The notes: generated by a model not told the origin, from the letters alone. A DNA stretch of 64,000 nt from Desulfurococcales archaeon (GCA_027022365.1 JALVYU010000007.1:125007-189006); one strand, 5' to 3'; counted from the first letter of the stretch, positions 11,127-22,104 are shown. A program made the numbers and translations.

Positions 11127-12077
11127 TTGTCCAGGAGAGGATTAGGGCCGTCAAGGGGGGTACCCCGTAGACCTGAGAGACACAGATGGCTTCGAAGCGA
11201 TGGAAAACCGAACTTTGAAGACCGGATATACAAGACCACCGAGGAAATGGAGATATTAGCCAAGAGACCCGTAGAGACAATATCTCCGCAGTCACCGATC
11301 CTTGAAGCAGTCGAGAAGATGTCTAAGGGCTACAGAAGCCTCGTAGTAGAACAATCTGGATATCTTCGAGGTTTGCTCCTTCTATCACACATAATCAACT
11401 ACTTAGGAGGCGGCGATTATTACAACATAGTTAAGGAGAGATACAACTACAACATATACCAAGCGCTTAACAAAGAGAAAGTCGAAACACTTATGATAAA
11501 AGACCCTATAGTGGCCTACATCGATGAAAAAATTCCGGATGTGCTGGAGAAAATGGTTCTTAATGAAGTAGGTATTATACCAGTCGTGCTCAGGGACGGT
11601 AAAGTATACGGTATCATAACGGAGCACGACTTACTAAAGTACTTCATAAGCGGGGTCAAAATAGGCGTCACGGTGTCCGATGTAATGTCGTCCCCCGTCA
11701 TAACGATAGAGTCCGGCTCGCCATTAATAGATGCGATGAAGAAAATGATCAAGTACGGCTTCAGACGTATCCCCGTCGTGGGAGGCAACGTCGTCCTAGG
11801 CATAATCACAGCCATGGATGTAGTAAAGTACTTTGGAACCCATGAGGCATTCAAGCATGCTCCCTCCGGCAACATTGAGGAAGCCCTATCGATACCTGTT
11901 GATGACCTAATGGTCAGAGAACTAGTGACGGCCAGACCAGACGAGGATCTGGGCGATGTTGCCCAGAGAATGGCTGAGAGGAATGTGGGCTCGGCCCTCG
12001 TGGTTAACGATAAAATGGAGCTCATAGGCATAATAACAGAGCGGGACATACTCTACGCTGTAACGGCTAAACACTAG
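11127..12077 (+). CDS. CBS domain protein (four CBS)
   Basis: GIITEHD, GIITAMD, GIITERD repeats. Confidence 0.9.
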   Translation: MSRRGLGPSRGVPRRPERHRWLRSDGKPNFEDRIYKTTEEMEILAKRPVETISPQSPILEAVEKMSKGYRSLVVEQSGYLRGLLLLSHIINYLGGGDYYNIVKERYNYNIYQALNKEKVETLMIKDPIVAYIDEKIPDVLEKMVLNEVGIIPVVLRDGKVYGIITEHDLLKYFISGVKIGVTVSDVMSSPVITIESGSPLIDAMKKMIKYGFRRIPVVGGNVVLGIITAMDVVKYFGTHEAFKHAPSGNIEEALSIPVDDLMVRELVTARPDEDLGDVAQRMAERNVGSALVVNDKMELIGIITERDILYAVTAKH

Positions 12078-12097
12078 TTTAGCCGGGTGGTTCATCT

Positions 12098-12940
12098 ATG
12101 GCGAGAGTAGTTAATGATCTAATACGAGAAGACGTACCACGCATAGATAAGAACGACACACTCTATCACGCTTTTAAACTAATCGAGAAAAGCGGCATCG
12201 ACAAAGTCATTGTACTAGAGAACAGGATTATAACGCCCGGCAAAGAGGTGAAAACGCTTGCCGGTATTATGACCAGTAGGGACATTGTACTCAAGCTGGC
12301 AACCCAGAGGCTAAGCAGAACTACGCCTGGTAGACTACATGTTGCGAGCTTTATGAACTCGCCAGCCATAACAATCGGGCCAGATAAATCCGTTTTGGAG
12401 GCCGCGAACCTTATGATTAGCAAGAAAATCGGTATCCTACCCGTCGTGAGCGGAGGAAATGTCGTTGGCGCCATACTAAAAACAGATATAGCCAGGCTAC
12501 TCGAGCAAGACGATACAGAGGTAAGAACAATAATGGACGCATCACCAGTACTTGCTAGAACAACTGATAGGGTAGTGAAGGTCAGGCAGGACATGCTAGC
12601 CACAGACACCAGCTTTGTACCAGTCCTTGACGAGAACGATGAACTAGTGGGATACGTAACGATATATGATCTAGCATACGCCTTCATGAAATTTGAAGAC
12701 ATTGTTCCCTCGAAATACAAGAAAGAGAGAATAACACACCTCATCATCGAAGATATTATGAGGTTCCGGCCGCCAAAACTTAGACTAACCGACACGGTAT
12801 CACAGGCTGTTGCAGAAATAATGAAGAAGGATAGCAGAGGAGCCGTAGTCATAGACGAGATTGGTAAAGTTGCTGGTGTTGTCACGATCGACATACTGCT
12901 GAAACACTTGGTAACTAATAAACAAGAGCTCCTGAGCTGA
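12098..12940 (+). CDS. CBS domain protein (four CBS)
   Basis: GIMTSRD, GAILKTD, GYVTIYD, GVVTID repeats. Confidence 0.88.
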   Translation: MARVVNDLIREDVPRIDKNDTLYHAFKLIEKSGIDKVIVLENRIITPGKEVKTLAGIMTSRDIVLKLATQRLSRTTPGRLHVASFMNSPAITIGPDKSVLEAANLMISKKIGILPVVSGGNVVGAILKTDIARLLEQDDTEVRTIMDASPVLARTTDRVVKVRQDMLATDTSFVPVLDENDELVGYVTIYDLAYAFMKFEDIVPSKYKKERITHLIIEDIMRFRPPKLRLTDTVSQAVAEIMKKDSRGAVVIDEIGKVAGVVTIDILLKHLVTNKQELLS

Positions 12941-12991
12941 TCAGACTCGAATGCTTCTTTTCTAATAAACATATAGCTCCGAGGTAATATT

Positions 12992-13516
12992 TTGGAAGAA
13001 GTTAGATTCATCGTCGATTCTATGCTTGGGAACGTTGCGCGATGGCTACGCATGCTAGGCTATGACACCTTATATAACAGAGCATACAAGGACTGGAAAA
13101 TACTGTATCTCGCCGAGAAAGAAAATAGGATAATAATCACTAGGGACAGAGGGCTTCATCACCGTGCCGTTAATAGGGGCCTACGGAGCCTGTACCTCTA
13201 TATGGATGATATGGCTGAAAGACTAGCATATATTGCGTACCATACAGGCATTAGGCTCTACATTGATCTAGACAAATCCCGGTGCCCAGTATGCAATGGT
13301 GAGCTAAAGAAAGTGAACAAGGAAGCCGTCAAAGGCCGTGTCCCTAAGAAGGTCTATGAACTACATTATGATTTCTGGGAATGCACCAGGTGTGGGAAAA
13401 TATATTGGGTTGGCGGGCACTGGAAAGGAATAGAGGAAACACTGAAGAAAGCCCGGCAGGTTCTTGAGAAAATGAAAACTGGTGGAGTTTCCTGTTTCAT
13501 GGAGGGAATAATATGA
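12992..13516 (+). CDS. Mut7-C RNase (PIN fold) domain protein
   Basis: DSMLG..ARWLR.LGYD, TRD, RCP.CNG, C..CGKIYW.G.HW. Confidence 0.92.
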   Translation: MEEVRFIVDSMLGNVARWLRMLGYDTLYNRAYKDWKILYLAEKENRIIITRDRGLHHRAVNRGLRSLYLYMDDMAERLAYIAYHTGIRLYIDLDKSRCPVCNGELKKVNKEAVKGRVPKKVYELHYDFWECTRCGKIYWVGGHWKGIEETLKKARQVLEKMKTGGVSCFMEGII

Positions 13517-14196
13517 CCTCCCCCGTACACCCACGTGAGCTAAGCCTCGAAGAAGGGATATACGCGGTAAAGCTCGCGAGAAGAGCGATTAGAGAGAAGC
13601 TCGTCAACAACAGAGTAATAACTCTACCTCCTGATGCGCCATTAATTTTCAAGAGGCCCGGAATGGTATTTACAACAATAGAAACTTATCACGGAGAAAA
13701 CATGACGGAGCTTCGGGGATGTATAGGTTTCTTAGCGCCTATATATTCGCTAGGCGAAGCCATCATTAGATCGGCTATTGAGGCCGCTATTAATGATCCT
13801 CGTTTCCCTCCGATGACGAGTGAAGAATTAGACCATGTAGTTATAGAGGTCACGGTATTATCTGAGCCTCTTCCCTTCGACGTCGAGGATCGGAGGGAAC
13901 TTCCTAAACACATAATTATCGGTAAACATGGTCTTGTGGTGGAAAAAGCGTGGTTTAGAGGTACGCTCCTCCCTATGGTTCCGGTGGAGTATTGCTGGGA
14001 CGAGGAAACCTTCCTTGCTGAGACATGCATAAAGGCGGGATTAGAACCTGATTGCTGGCTGGACAACTCGACAAGGGTGTATTATTACGAAGGAAGAGCT
14101 TTCAAGGAGCTAAGACCTGGTGGTGAAATTATTGAGAGAGATTTAAACCGCGAATATATAGAGCTATGTAAGAAGAACTCAAATACTGGACGATAA
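13513..14196 (+). CDS. AMMECR1 domain protein
   Basis: LRGCIG, DPRFPP, G.LLP.V, C.KAG. Confidence 0.93.
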   Translation: MTSPVHPRELSLEEGIYAVKLARRAIREKLVNNRVITLPPDAPLIFKRPGMVFTTIETYHGENMTELRGCIGFLAPIYSLGEAIIRSAIEAAINDPRFPPMTSEELDHVVIEVTVLSEPLPFDVEDRRELPKHIIIGKHGLVVEKAWFRGTLLPMVPVEYCWDEETFLAETCIKAGLEPDCWLDNSTRVYYYEGRAFKELRPGGEIIERDLNREYIELCKKNSNTGR

Positions 14197-14955
14197 TAAG
14201 CAGACCGAGCCCTTATGGAGAATCCTATATTTTATGCCCGATAATTTTTCAAGTAGTACTCTTATGAACTCGCAATAAGTATCGCTTGGACAACCACATG
14301 TTATCTCAACGAATTGGGTACCCTTGTCGTACCATTTCCTGATAACTTTGCCAAGCCCAAGAACCGTTATTGTATCGATCAGTAGATCTCTGTCCTTAAC
14401 ATCCATTCCTAGGCGATTCTTGATTAAATCGACAAGTGAATCAATAATAGCCCCTGCATAATCCGAGTCTATTCTGCATAACGTCTTGAGAGGAATTAAT
14501 GACATAGTCTCTCTACCTATCTCTATAGGAAAAAGCCAGGGATTTACGATGTAACCGCGGCTCGAGGGTTCGGCGGCTTTGAGTACATCGATGTATAGAA
14601 GATCGTTGAGAGACACAAGTTTATCTGTTAAAGCCCATATACTATCTTTGTTTTTAGACGACAAAATGCATGTGAGGTAAGGGCTTGATTTAAAACGTAT
14701 GTAACAATCGATTAATCTTGTATTTTCAGTATCATTTATCATCTGTATTGCATTGAGTAGAGTCTCGATCTTTCCTACTAAGCGAATGCAGAATAAATTT
14801 TCATTACTCATTAGTAAGGGCGATGGTTTTTCAAAATATGTTGGCTTGTAAACTGTTTTTCCAGGAACACCTCTAAGCCTTCTCTCCAAAAGTAGTGATT
14901 CAACATAGTCCTTAAAACGATGAGTAAATATGCCCTCTTCACCCATACTGGGCAC
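14179..14955 (-). CDS. hypothetical protein, possible ACT-like plus V4R-like regulator
   Basis: 258-aa ORF; beta-alpha-beta pattern, LFPI linker, GLG..C...C C-terminus; family weakly supported. Confidence 0.5.
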   Translation of the reverse strand: MPSMGEEGIFTHRFKDYVESLLLERRLRGVPGKTVYKPTYFEKPSPLLMSNENLFCIRLVGKIETLLNAIQMINDTENTRLIDCYIRFKSSPYLTCILSSKNKDSIWALTDKLVSLNDLLYIDVLKAAEPSSRGYIVNPWLFPIEIGRETMSLIPLKTLCRIDSDYAGAIIDSLVDLIKNRLGMDVKDRDLLIDTITVLGLGKVIRKWYDKGTQFVEITCGCPSDTYCEFIRVLLEKLSGIKYRILHKGSVCLLSSSI

Positions 14956-15087
14956 CTTGTCTCAGTATTTATAGTTATGACATAGGTTATGCTTAAGTAT
15001 AATTTTTGTTTCTTAATGTGCAGAGGCTATTATAATCTGTTCACCTCATATTATCACCATGATACTATATACTGGGGTGTGTCTGAA

Positions 15088-15915
15088 TTGAAGCTCTCAA
15101 TCAATGCATTGCTTACTTTTCCCGTAGAGAGAACAATCACCGAGATCGCCGAATTCATACGAAGATATGTTGAAGCCGCTGGTGCTGACGGTGCGGTTGT
15201 TGGTGTTAGTGGAGGCATAGACTCCTCAGTGGCTTTGGCATTAGCGGTCAAAGCTCTTGGAAAAGAGCATGTGACCGCTCTAATTCTTCCCGATAGAAGG
15301 GCAACACCCAATCAAGACGTGGACGATGCACTGACTCTGGTGAAGCTTTTCGATGTAGGATATCATTTGATCTATATTGATGATATCGTTGATGCATTCT
15401 CCAAAATACCGTTCTTCGACCCCGACAACAATATAGCTACTGGAAATCTTAGAGCAAGAGTGAGAATGAATATTCTTTACTATTTTGCTAATAGATTCAA
15501 TAATCTCGTTTTGGGAACGGGTGATAGGAGCGAGATATTGATCGGTTATTTCACCAAGTATGGAGACGGCGCTGTAGATCTATTACCCCTCGCGTGTCTA
15601 TACAAGACCCAAGTTAGACATATAGCGCAATGGTTGGGCGTGCTTGAGCGCATAATAAAGAAGCCTAGTAGCCCGAGACTCTGGCCTGGCCATCTAGCCG
15701 AAAAAGAACTTGGCATGAAATATGAGGATATAGACCTAATTCTCTATGGATTATTCGATCTAGGATTAACAGAGGAACAATTATCGGAACTTGCAGGTAT
15801 ACGTCTAGAACTTATTGAACGTGTGATAACTCTTCATAGGAGGAGTAGACATAAGCGTGGATTCCCGCCATATCCTAGGTTAACTTGGATCAGGGAACCA
15901 TTGAAGGAGCTCTGA
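15088..15915 (+). CDS. nadE: NH3-dependent NAD+ synthetase
   Basis: SGGIDS, N.RARVRM, GYFTKYGDG, KPSSPRLW. Confidence 0.95.
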   Translation: MKLSINALLTFPVERTITEIAEFIRRYVEAAGADGAVVGVSGGIDSSVALALAVKALGKEHVTALILPDRRATPNQDVDDALTLVKLFDVGYHLIYIDDIVDAFSKIPFFDPDNNIATGNLRARVRMNILYYFANRFNNLVLGTGDRSEILIGYFTKYGDGAVDLLPLACLYKTQVRHIAQWLGVLERIIKKPSSPRLWPGHLAEKELGMKYEDIDLILYGLFDLGLTEEQLSELAGIRLELIERVITLHRRSRHKRGFPPYPRLTWIREPLKEL

Positions 15916-15948
15916 TGTGCCAAAGTTTTTCATAACTACAAATCACAA

Positions 15949-16491
15949 CTACAAACTGGTTATTTTGATTTTCATAGTATTCTTATCCTGGAAGATATCT
16001 AGATTTGCTCTCTCGACATACACCCATACTGCGGGAAAAGGCCATGTAATAAGGTTTATAATTGATTTTACATTTACTGTTATTACCGCCCTTTCTGATC
16101 TTATGTTTAAGTTATCATCTATGAATATTTGTACACCATCCTTATCTCCCCATATTCTCAATTTTAAGGGAATTAATACGGCTTTTACCCTGTCTTTTTC
16201 CTTATTTATTTTCTTGAAAGTATCGTTGATTATCTTCTCATCTACAAAATTCTTATCATAGACTACTATGGTTCCGTTCTCTTCACGTATTACTGGTAAC
16301 TTGTCGAACCAGGCATTTAGACCTAAACTATCACGGTAGATCTCTATAAGCGCCCTGTCACAGCCCCTTAGGTATGCATGACTAGTGTGATAATCACGCC
16401 CAGCTACGCTAATTCTCCCTTTCTCAACCCTTACGTTTATACTGGCTTCCTCGATTTTCTTCGGTAGGAATTTCTTTTTCACTCTTGCCAC
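15949..16491 (-). CDS. hypothetical protein
   Basis: 180-aa ORF filling the gap between nadE and the divergent esterase gene. Confidence 0.65.
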   Translation of the reverse strand: MARVKKKFLPKKIEEASINVRVEKGRISVAGRDYHTSHAYLRGCDRALIEIYRDSLGLNAWFDKLPVIREENGTIVVYDKNFVDEKIINDTFKKINKEKDRVKAVLIPLKLRIWGDKDGVQIFIDDNLNIRSERAVITVNVKSIINLITWPFPAVWVYVERANLDIFQDKNTMKIKITSL

Positions 16492-16556
16492 CCCGAATAG
16501 ATTTGTAGTCTAGCCTTAATACTCTATTCTACATTTCACTAGATAAGGGGAGCACT

Positions 16557-17219
16557 ATGAGAATTTTAGCACTAACCGATATACATGGCAGGATTTCTAA
16601 GACTAAAAAGATTCTTGCCTCCGTTAGAGAAGTAGATATAGTAATAGTGGCTGGAGACATAACTCATTTTGAGCCATGGGAAAAAGCCGTTGAAATACTC
16701 GAGATACTACGGGAGTCTTCTAATGCTACAGTACTTTTTGTACCTGGTAATTGCGACGATCCAGAGCTTCTAAATTATGAGGACAAAGATAATGTGATTA
16801 TAAACATTCACGGCAAATCCTATGGCTTAAACAACTATATTGTGTTCGGTATAGGTGGAAGTAACCCGACACCCTTCGGTACACCTATCGAGTTCCCTGA
16901 GGAAAAAATCTCGGAAATACTCGACAAGTTTGAAGAAGATACAAGCGGACGTAGCATCATTATGGTCACCCATGCACCGATCCATGGTATCAATGATAAA
17001 ATTATGGATGTACACGTTGGCTCAAAAGCACTCCGTGATTTTTTAGAAAAGCATTCAGATAAGATAAGCCTGTGGATTACTGGTCATCTACACGAATACA
17101 GGTATGCTACAAACTATAATGGTACGATCATAATTAACCCGGGGCCTGCTATGCATGGATATTATGGATTAATCGAAGTAAGCCGTGAACGAGTAAAAGC
17201 ATATCTAGGCAGTATATGA
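16557..17219 (+). CDS. calcineurin-like metallophosphoesterase (Icc-related)
   Basis: DIHG, AGD, PGNCD, THAP, GHLHE. Confidence 0.9.
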   Translation: MRILALTDIHGRISKTKKILASVREVDIVIVAGDITHFEPWEKAVEILEILRESSNATVLFVPGNCDDPELLNYEDKDNVIINIHGKSYGLNNYIVFGIGGSNPTPFGTPIEFPEEKISEILDKFEEDTSGRSIIMVTHAPIHGINDKIMDVHVGSKALRDFLEKHSDKISLWITGHLHEYRYATNYNGTIIINPGPAMHGYYGLIEVSRERVKAYLGSI

Positions 17220-17232
17220 GTAACAATTTGTT

Positions 17233-18018
17233 TTAACCAAAGAGCTCTGGATAATCATTTATGAATGAATACAGATCCTTGGCTACATATGTCGGCATAT
17301 AAGGCGATGATTCAAGATCCTCCGGCTTCGAAGTGCCTGTCAGCACTAACAACGTATCCACACCAGCACGGTTGCCCAGGGCAATATCCGTGTCCAGCCT
17401 ATCACCTATAACTAGGACTTCTTCTTTGTTTGTAGATTTAATCGCGAGATCGAGTATCCAAGTGTTTGGTTTGCCAGCGTTAAAATCCGGTTTTCTACCA
17501 GTAGCTCTTACTATCATCTCAACTATTGACCCGGCACCAGGATCAACCCCATCTTCCACGGGTAGTGTCGAGTCAGTGTTTGCAACAACAAATACTGCTC
17601 CTCCGCTAATCATTCTTGAGGCTACTCTAACTTTACTATACGTCACGTGCCTATCAAGACCCACGATGACGTAATTGGCTATCATATCCTGTGAAACAGG
17701 GATCAATTCGTTGACTACTGCTTCATAATAAAGACCTGCTTCGCCTATGATGAACACGAACCTGCCACCTTGTTCGCTTATCCATCTGGTTGCTGCATAG
17801 GCGGAAGTAATAACGTCGTCTATACTGGCTTGCAGACCTAGTTTTCTAAGAATTTCCACGTATTCTGGCCGCGACTTGGTTGCGTTATTCGTTAGATACT
17901 TTACCTTAACGCCTCTGGCGATCAGTTGATTCAACGCCATTATGTTCTGTTTTAATGGTTTACCCCCTCTCCATACTACTCCATCGAGATCAGTTACGAT
18001 AAGTCTATATTTTCTCAT
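17233..18018 (-). CDS. HAD-IIA family phosphatase (NagD-like)
   Basis: DLDGV, TNN, GKP, GDRLDTDI. Confidence 0.93.
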   Translation of the reverse strand: MRKYRLIVTDLDGVVWRGGKPLKQNIMALNQLIARGVKVKYLTNNATKSRPEYVEILRKLGLQASIDDVITSAYAATRWISEQGGRFVFIIGEAGLYYEAVVNELIPVSQDMIANYVIVGLDRHVTYSKVRVASRMISGGAVFVVANTDSTLPVEDGVDPGAGSIVEMIVRATGRKPDFNAGKPNTWILDLAIKSTNKEEVLVIGDRLDTDIALGNRAGVDTLLVLTGTSKPEDLESSPYMPTYVAKDLYSFINDYPELFG

Positions 18019-18305
18019 AGAATGTTCGCCTCTATTTTCATGAGAATCTTCTTCGCTAGGACTTCAGTGTTTTCTCCAAAAGCGTATAGTCCTCTCGGAT
18101 CATATTCGAGCATTCTACACTCCATTGCCGGCACTTTATCTGCTTTCATGATCTTCGCATAGGGTGCTTTACCTGTCAGGGAAATACATAAAACATAGTC
18201 TTCGCCGGCATACCGTGCTATGCACATAATGTATTTGCCCTGGTCCTCGCACAAGATTTTGTCAAAATATTTTGATAAAACAGTCCTGATACTCATAAGG
18301 ATCAC
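18015..18305 (-). CDS. hypothetical protein
   Basis: 96-aa ORF, stop overlaps start of HAD gene. Confidence 0.7.
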   Translation of the reverse strand: MILMSIRTVLSKYFDKILCEDQGKYIMCIARYAGEDYVLCISLTGKAPYAKIMKADKVPAMECRMLEYDPRGLYAFGENTEVLAKKILMKIEANIL

Positions 18306-18322
18306 TCGTAGTTAGAAAAACA

Positions 18323-18562
18323 TCAGGCAAGATAGAGTTTCTTCCTCACTTCATCAGGTACGTCGTCTTCTCTCAAGATATAGTGTGATAGTGGAGCTTC
18401 CTTTGTTTTAGGTCCGACGACCACATATCTCGTCGGATCGTTTATATCGAACGATTCCTCTTTCTTACCCTTCTTTTTGAGCCTTATGTTCAGTACTCTT
18501 ACCTTGACATACCATCCATCCTTCCTCTGTATGTAGATATATTTGCCGTGTTTACCGCCCAT
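18323..18562 (-). CDS. small crenarchaeal protein (DUF5622-like)
   Basis: KHGKYIYI.R.DGWYVKVRV motif. Confidence 0.7.
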   Translation of the reverse strand: MGGKHGKYIYIQRKDGWYVKVRVLNIRLKKKGKKEESFDINDPTRYVVVGPKTKEAPLSHYILREDDVPDEVRKKLYLA

Positions 18563-18629
18563 TAATAATCACCCATTCTTTCTGATTGGAGAAAAAGTGT
18601 TCATAGGCGAATATAAGGATTTATTTCCT

Positions 18630-19583
18630 CTATTTCTTCCAGGTATAGAATCTCCCTATCAAGTAGTTCAGAATAAATCCCGCAAGTATTCCAAAAGCAG
18701 CACTAACAATCACCTCGAAATGAAGTATACCTGTGAGTAGACCCATGGTTGCAGACTGGGCTAATAGGCTCCCGAGACTGGCTACATGATACTTGAGCCA
18801 CCGCTTTATCCTCGATAATAGGCCTCTCTCCAATTCCAGGTCTCTGAAAGTCCATAGTTCGTGCAGGATGAAGTTCCAGGACAAGCTTATCTCGAAACCT
18901 GTATACGCCATGAGAAATAGGCCTAGCGGAGATGCGAGGAGAGCTGGATAATGTGTACTCAGGAATTGTATTGTGCCGAGATTAACTATTGCGCCTGAGA
19001 AGCCTACGAGGCCGAATTTGATAATGCGTAGCGGCTCATGTAGAGCTATTAGAAATGTCTTCGGTAGTCTGCCATATATAGTCAGTACGTAGTCATATAG
19101 TGGTACATCGTATAGTACCTCAGCTATCCTTGTAGCCCTTTCTAAAAGATCATCGAGACTTGTTACATTATTGATTTTCTGGAGAAGATCCTTCCTAATA
19201 ATCACTGCAAGGCTTGACTGGAGCTTACCACTCTTTAAAGGAATGGGGGATTTAGACAATGTAAGTAAGAGGCGTGAAAATGGAGACTTAGGCTTTCCTA
19301 TCACGATGACTATGTCGTTGTCCTTAAACTCCTCGGCAATGCGGAGAATATCTCGTTTGTATGGGTAGAGTATGTCGGGCAGTATGATGTAGTAGTCAGC
19401 GTTGGCTTCACCTATTACATCATAAATCTCAGCAGGATCAACAGCATCCCTGTATTTCTTAAGCCCAAGTTTGCTCGTAAAATCCGATTTAATAATGATC
19501 ATCTTGTACATCATCGGTCTAAGTGGCACCTCGTAGTCTCTTATATTCTTCTCGCTACCATAAAATTTTCCTGTGATAAACAA
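18630..19583 (-). CDS. GtrA-family membrane protein with degenerate N-terminal glycosyltransferase-like region
   Basis: KFGLVG.SGAIVN, WNFILHELWTF, NYLI...YTW GtrA motifs. Confidence 0.78.
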   Translation of the reverse strand: MFITGKFYGSEKNIRDYEVPLRPMMYKMIIIKSDFTSKLGLKKYRDAVDPAEIYDVIGEANADYYIILPDILYPYKRDILRIAEEFKDNDIVIVIGKPKSPFSRLLLTLSKSPIPLKSGKLQSSLAVIIRKDLLQKINNVTSLDDLLERATRIAEVLYDVPLYDYVLTIYGRLPKTFLIALHEPLRIIKFGLVGFSGAIVNLGTIQFLSTHYPALLASPLGLFLMAYTGFEISLSWNFILHELWTFRDLELERGLLSRIKRWLKYHVASLGSLLAQSATMGLLTGILHFEVIVSAAFGILAGFILNYLIGRFYTWKK

Positions 19584-19592
19584 ATACTGTTA

Positions 19593-20276
19593 TTGGTGTC
19601 CACGAAGTTGAGACTAGATAACAAGAATTGTTCTGAGGAATGGTATAGGATAATTGAGGAAATCATGAGATGTACGAAGTGTATGCTTCATAAAACTAGA
19701 AGGAACCCGGTGCCGGGCGAAGGTCCATGTAATGCAGAGATAATGCTTGTTGGAGAAGCTCCTGGCAGTAAAGAGGATGAGACGGGACGACCGTTTGTCG
19801 GAGCCGCTGGGCAATTCCTTACGGAATTATTGTCGATGGCTGGGCTCAGAAGAGAGGATGTATTTATCACGAATATCCTAAAATGCAGGCCTCCAAACAA
19901 TAGAGACCCCGAGCCCGACGAGATAGAGGCGTGTAAGCCTTACCTGGTAAGACAGGTCAAGCTCGTCTCGCCTAAGATAATTGTCACCCTGGGAAGATAT
20001 GCTGGTAAAACATTGCTAGGTGACGCTGGGATAAAATGGAGTAGTATGAGCAGAATGCATGGTAAGGTGTTCTCGGTAGAGCTATATGGGGTAAAGCTCA
20101 AAATTATGCCGACATATCATCCCGCAGCTGCCCTTTACTATCCTAAGCTTAAACCCGTTATAATAAAAGACTTCAAAGAAATCCTTAAAGGGCTTGTCGA
20201 GGAAATTGAGGAAGAAAAAGAAAGTACGGGAAGGAGCAAAAAGAGACATACCATTCTTGATTTTTTGAGCGGTTAA
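19593..20276 (+). CDS. udg: type-4 uracil-DNA glycosylase
   Basis: C..C..H, GEAPG..ED..G.PFVG.AG, KCRPP.NR, YHPAA. Confidence 0.95.
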   Translation: MVSTKLRLDNKNCSEEWYRIIEEIMRCTKCMLHKTRRNPVPGEGPCNAEIMLVGEAPGSKEDETGRPFVGAAGQFLTELLSMAGLRREDVFITNILKCRPPNNRDPEPDEIEACKPYLVRQVKLVSPKIIVTLGRYAGKTLLGDAGIKWSSMSRMHGKVFSVELYGVKLKIMPTYHPAAALYYPKLKPVIIKDFKEILKGLVEEIEEEKESTGRSKKRHTILDFLSG

Positions 20277-22037
20277 TTAACCGTAATACTTCTTAATCGA
20301 GAAGCCAGCGAGAAACGCCCCCATCGATATGAGAATTATGGCTATAACATAAAATATCATCTGAGAGACCGGAGGAGACGTTGTTTCCGATCCTTGTAAT
20401 AGGTGAATAGTTGAACCACCACATGATATACACGAATATACAGGCACCATATATAACGCCTTGTACATTGTTAACAATGTGAGCTCTGATGTTAGGAGAC
20501 CATCTATCGTTGTAAGGTTCTCCATTTCAACAGCATATGTTCTGCCAATATCAACCGTTGTTAATGCCGATAGAATAGGTGTTCCTGACTCATATAAAAG
20601 ATAATTGGCGACCCTTGAAACAGTCTTGTTAAGTTCAACAACGTATTCTGGAGTCAAGTATGGCGAGAAGACAGGGGGTTGTAGGGAAAGAAGATCCGAT
20701 ATTAGTATATACTGAATGTAGGCTAGCTTAGCCAATTTGACGAGAACATTGCCTATGTGGTTGATTGTGGATAGAACGTTTATTGTTTGGTTGCTGATAT
20801 ACTTCATGCTCATAAAGTAGTTAATTGTAATATTTGTGAAAGTATGCAGGGTCTTGTAGGTAGACAACAATGTATTGTAACTGATCATTTTCTTCTCTAT
20901 TGATGGAATGCTAGCCCATTGTTTGGCTGTTATGATTCTTGCTAGGGCGAGCACTATTTGAAGGGGAGAACCTGTTGCTTTATATAGTTGGTATGCATTC
21001 ACCGCTATGGAGTATCTAATGAAAGCATTAATGTATATATCGATATTCCAAAGATTTAAATGTCTATACGTGTAATTGCCTAGTTTCTCCAGATCCTTGA
21101 TCGCTTGGGTATAATTTCCGTCGTACCATTTCTCGAGGTGTGCAAGTAGCTCCTTATACTTCGTAGGCGCTCTTTCTTCGAGATAAATGGCGTATGCAGA
21201 TAATGCGTCAATATATGATCTAAAGCCGTAGCTGGCCGCAGTATACCAGTCCCCTTTGTTGGAGTATTTTTCGCTTAACCTGTAGAATTTCCACGCCTCA
21301 CTAGCATATCCTGCAGGGAAAAGAGATAATATATTTCTTGTCAGGTTCAGAAACTCCTTTGTTGCATTAACAAAGAATGATTGATAATTAATTGTTCTCG
21401 GTACAATGATCTCCTGGGTAGAGCCTAGAAGCTTTGTTTTTGTTATGGTATTGTATGCCTCGTAAGCAGTTATAACAGGTATGTAGTTAGTGCCCGGTAT
21501 CTTCTCTATGTAGGGTCCAAGAAATAATTGTATGTTCCTCTTAGATGTCGCCTCGTACTTTAGATCAATACCTGAGACATTTCCTACAATAGTATTTGGC
21601 ATCAATATGCCTGTTGCTGAGAAGTCTTCTGGAATAGGTGTATTGGTTAATATCGCTGCGAAGACCAGTGTAAAGGGTAATGTTGCACTTGTCCCAGCAA
21701 TATCAGTGTCTTTTGGGAAAATTATCTCGTAGTTATATGAGGATTTTTCTCTCCCCGTCATAATCGATGCAAGACCTAATGCGTACTTGATCGATAAGAC
21801 TGTTGATACAGAGACTTTTCCACCAGGATCAACGATCCGAATATTACCGTTGCCGGGAAATACCTTGATTGTTACCGGAATTACGATCCCTGTGTTATTG
21901 CTGGTTACTGCAGCAAGGTACAGTTTCTCTATACGAATCGGGTAAACATTGAGCGATGATACCATGGTGAATGGTGTCAGCATTGATAGTATAAGGAGAA
22001 ATGAAAATATGCATGAAAACATTGTAGGCATTCTCAT
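20277..22037 (-). CDS. secreted, membrane-anchored S16 (Lon-like) serine protease
   Basis: signal peptide, AGTSA (Ser), ATG, V.GI..K (Lys), C-terminal TM helix. Confidence 0.8.
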   Translation of the reverse strand: MRMPTMFSCIFSFLLILSMLTPFTMVSSLNVYPIRIEKLYLAAVTSNNTGIVIPVTIKVFPGNGNIRIVDPGGKVSVSTVLSIKYALGLASIMTGREKSSYNYEIIFPKDTDIAGTSATLPFTLVFAAILTNTPIPEDFSATGILMPNTIVGNVSGIDLKYEATSKRNIQLFLGPYIEKIPGTNYIPVITAYEAYNTITKTKLLGSTQEIIVPRTINYQSFFVNATKEFLNLTRNILSLFPAGYASEAWKFYRLSEKYSNKGDWYTAASYGFRSYIDALSAYAIYLEERAPTKYKELLAHLEKWYDGNYTQAIKDLEKLGNYTYRHLNLWNIDIYINAFIRYSIAVNAYQLYKATGSPLQIVLALARIITAKQWASIPSIEKKMISYNTLLSTYKTLHTFTNITINYFMSMKYISNQTINVLSTINHIGNVLVKLAKLAYIQYILISDLLSLQPPVFSPYLTPEYVVELNKTVSRVANYLLYESGTPILSALTTVDIGRTYAVEMENLTTIDGLLTSELTLLTMYKALYMVPVYSCISCGGSTIHLLQGSETTSPPVSQMIFYVIAIILISMGAFLAGFSIKKYYG

Positions 22038-22042
22038 GGCTC

Positions 22043-22104
22043 ATCCTCAGTGTAACACTGATTAATCATAGCACGGCTCATCTTTGCCGGGTGTCTTCAT
22101 CGGT
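22043..22104 (-). ncRNA. box C/D guide sRNA
   Basis: minus strand: C ATGAAGA (22100-22094), 12-nt guide, D' ATGA, C' ATGATTA, 12-nt guide, D CTGA (22050-22047). Confidence 0.75.

Noticed and set aside
12166-13053. 295-aa antisense ORF
   Set aside because: Shadow of the CBS gene; Ser/Thr-rich, no motifs.
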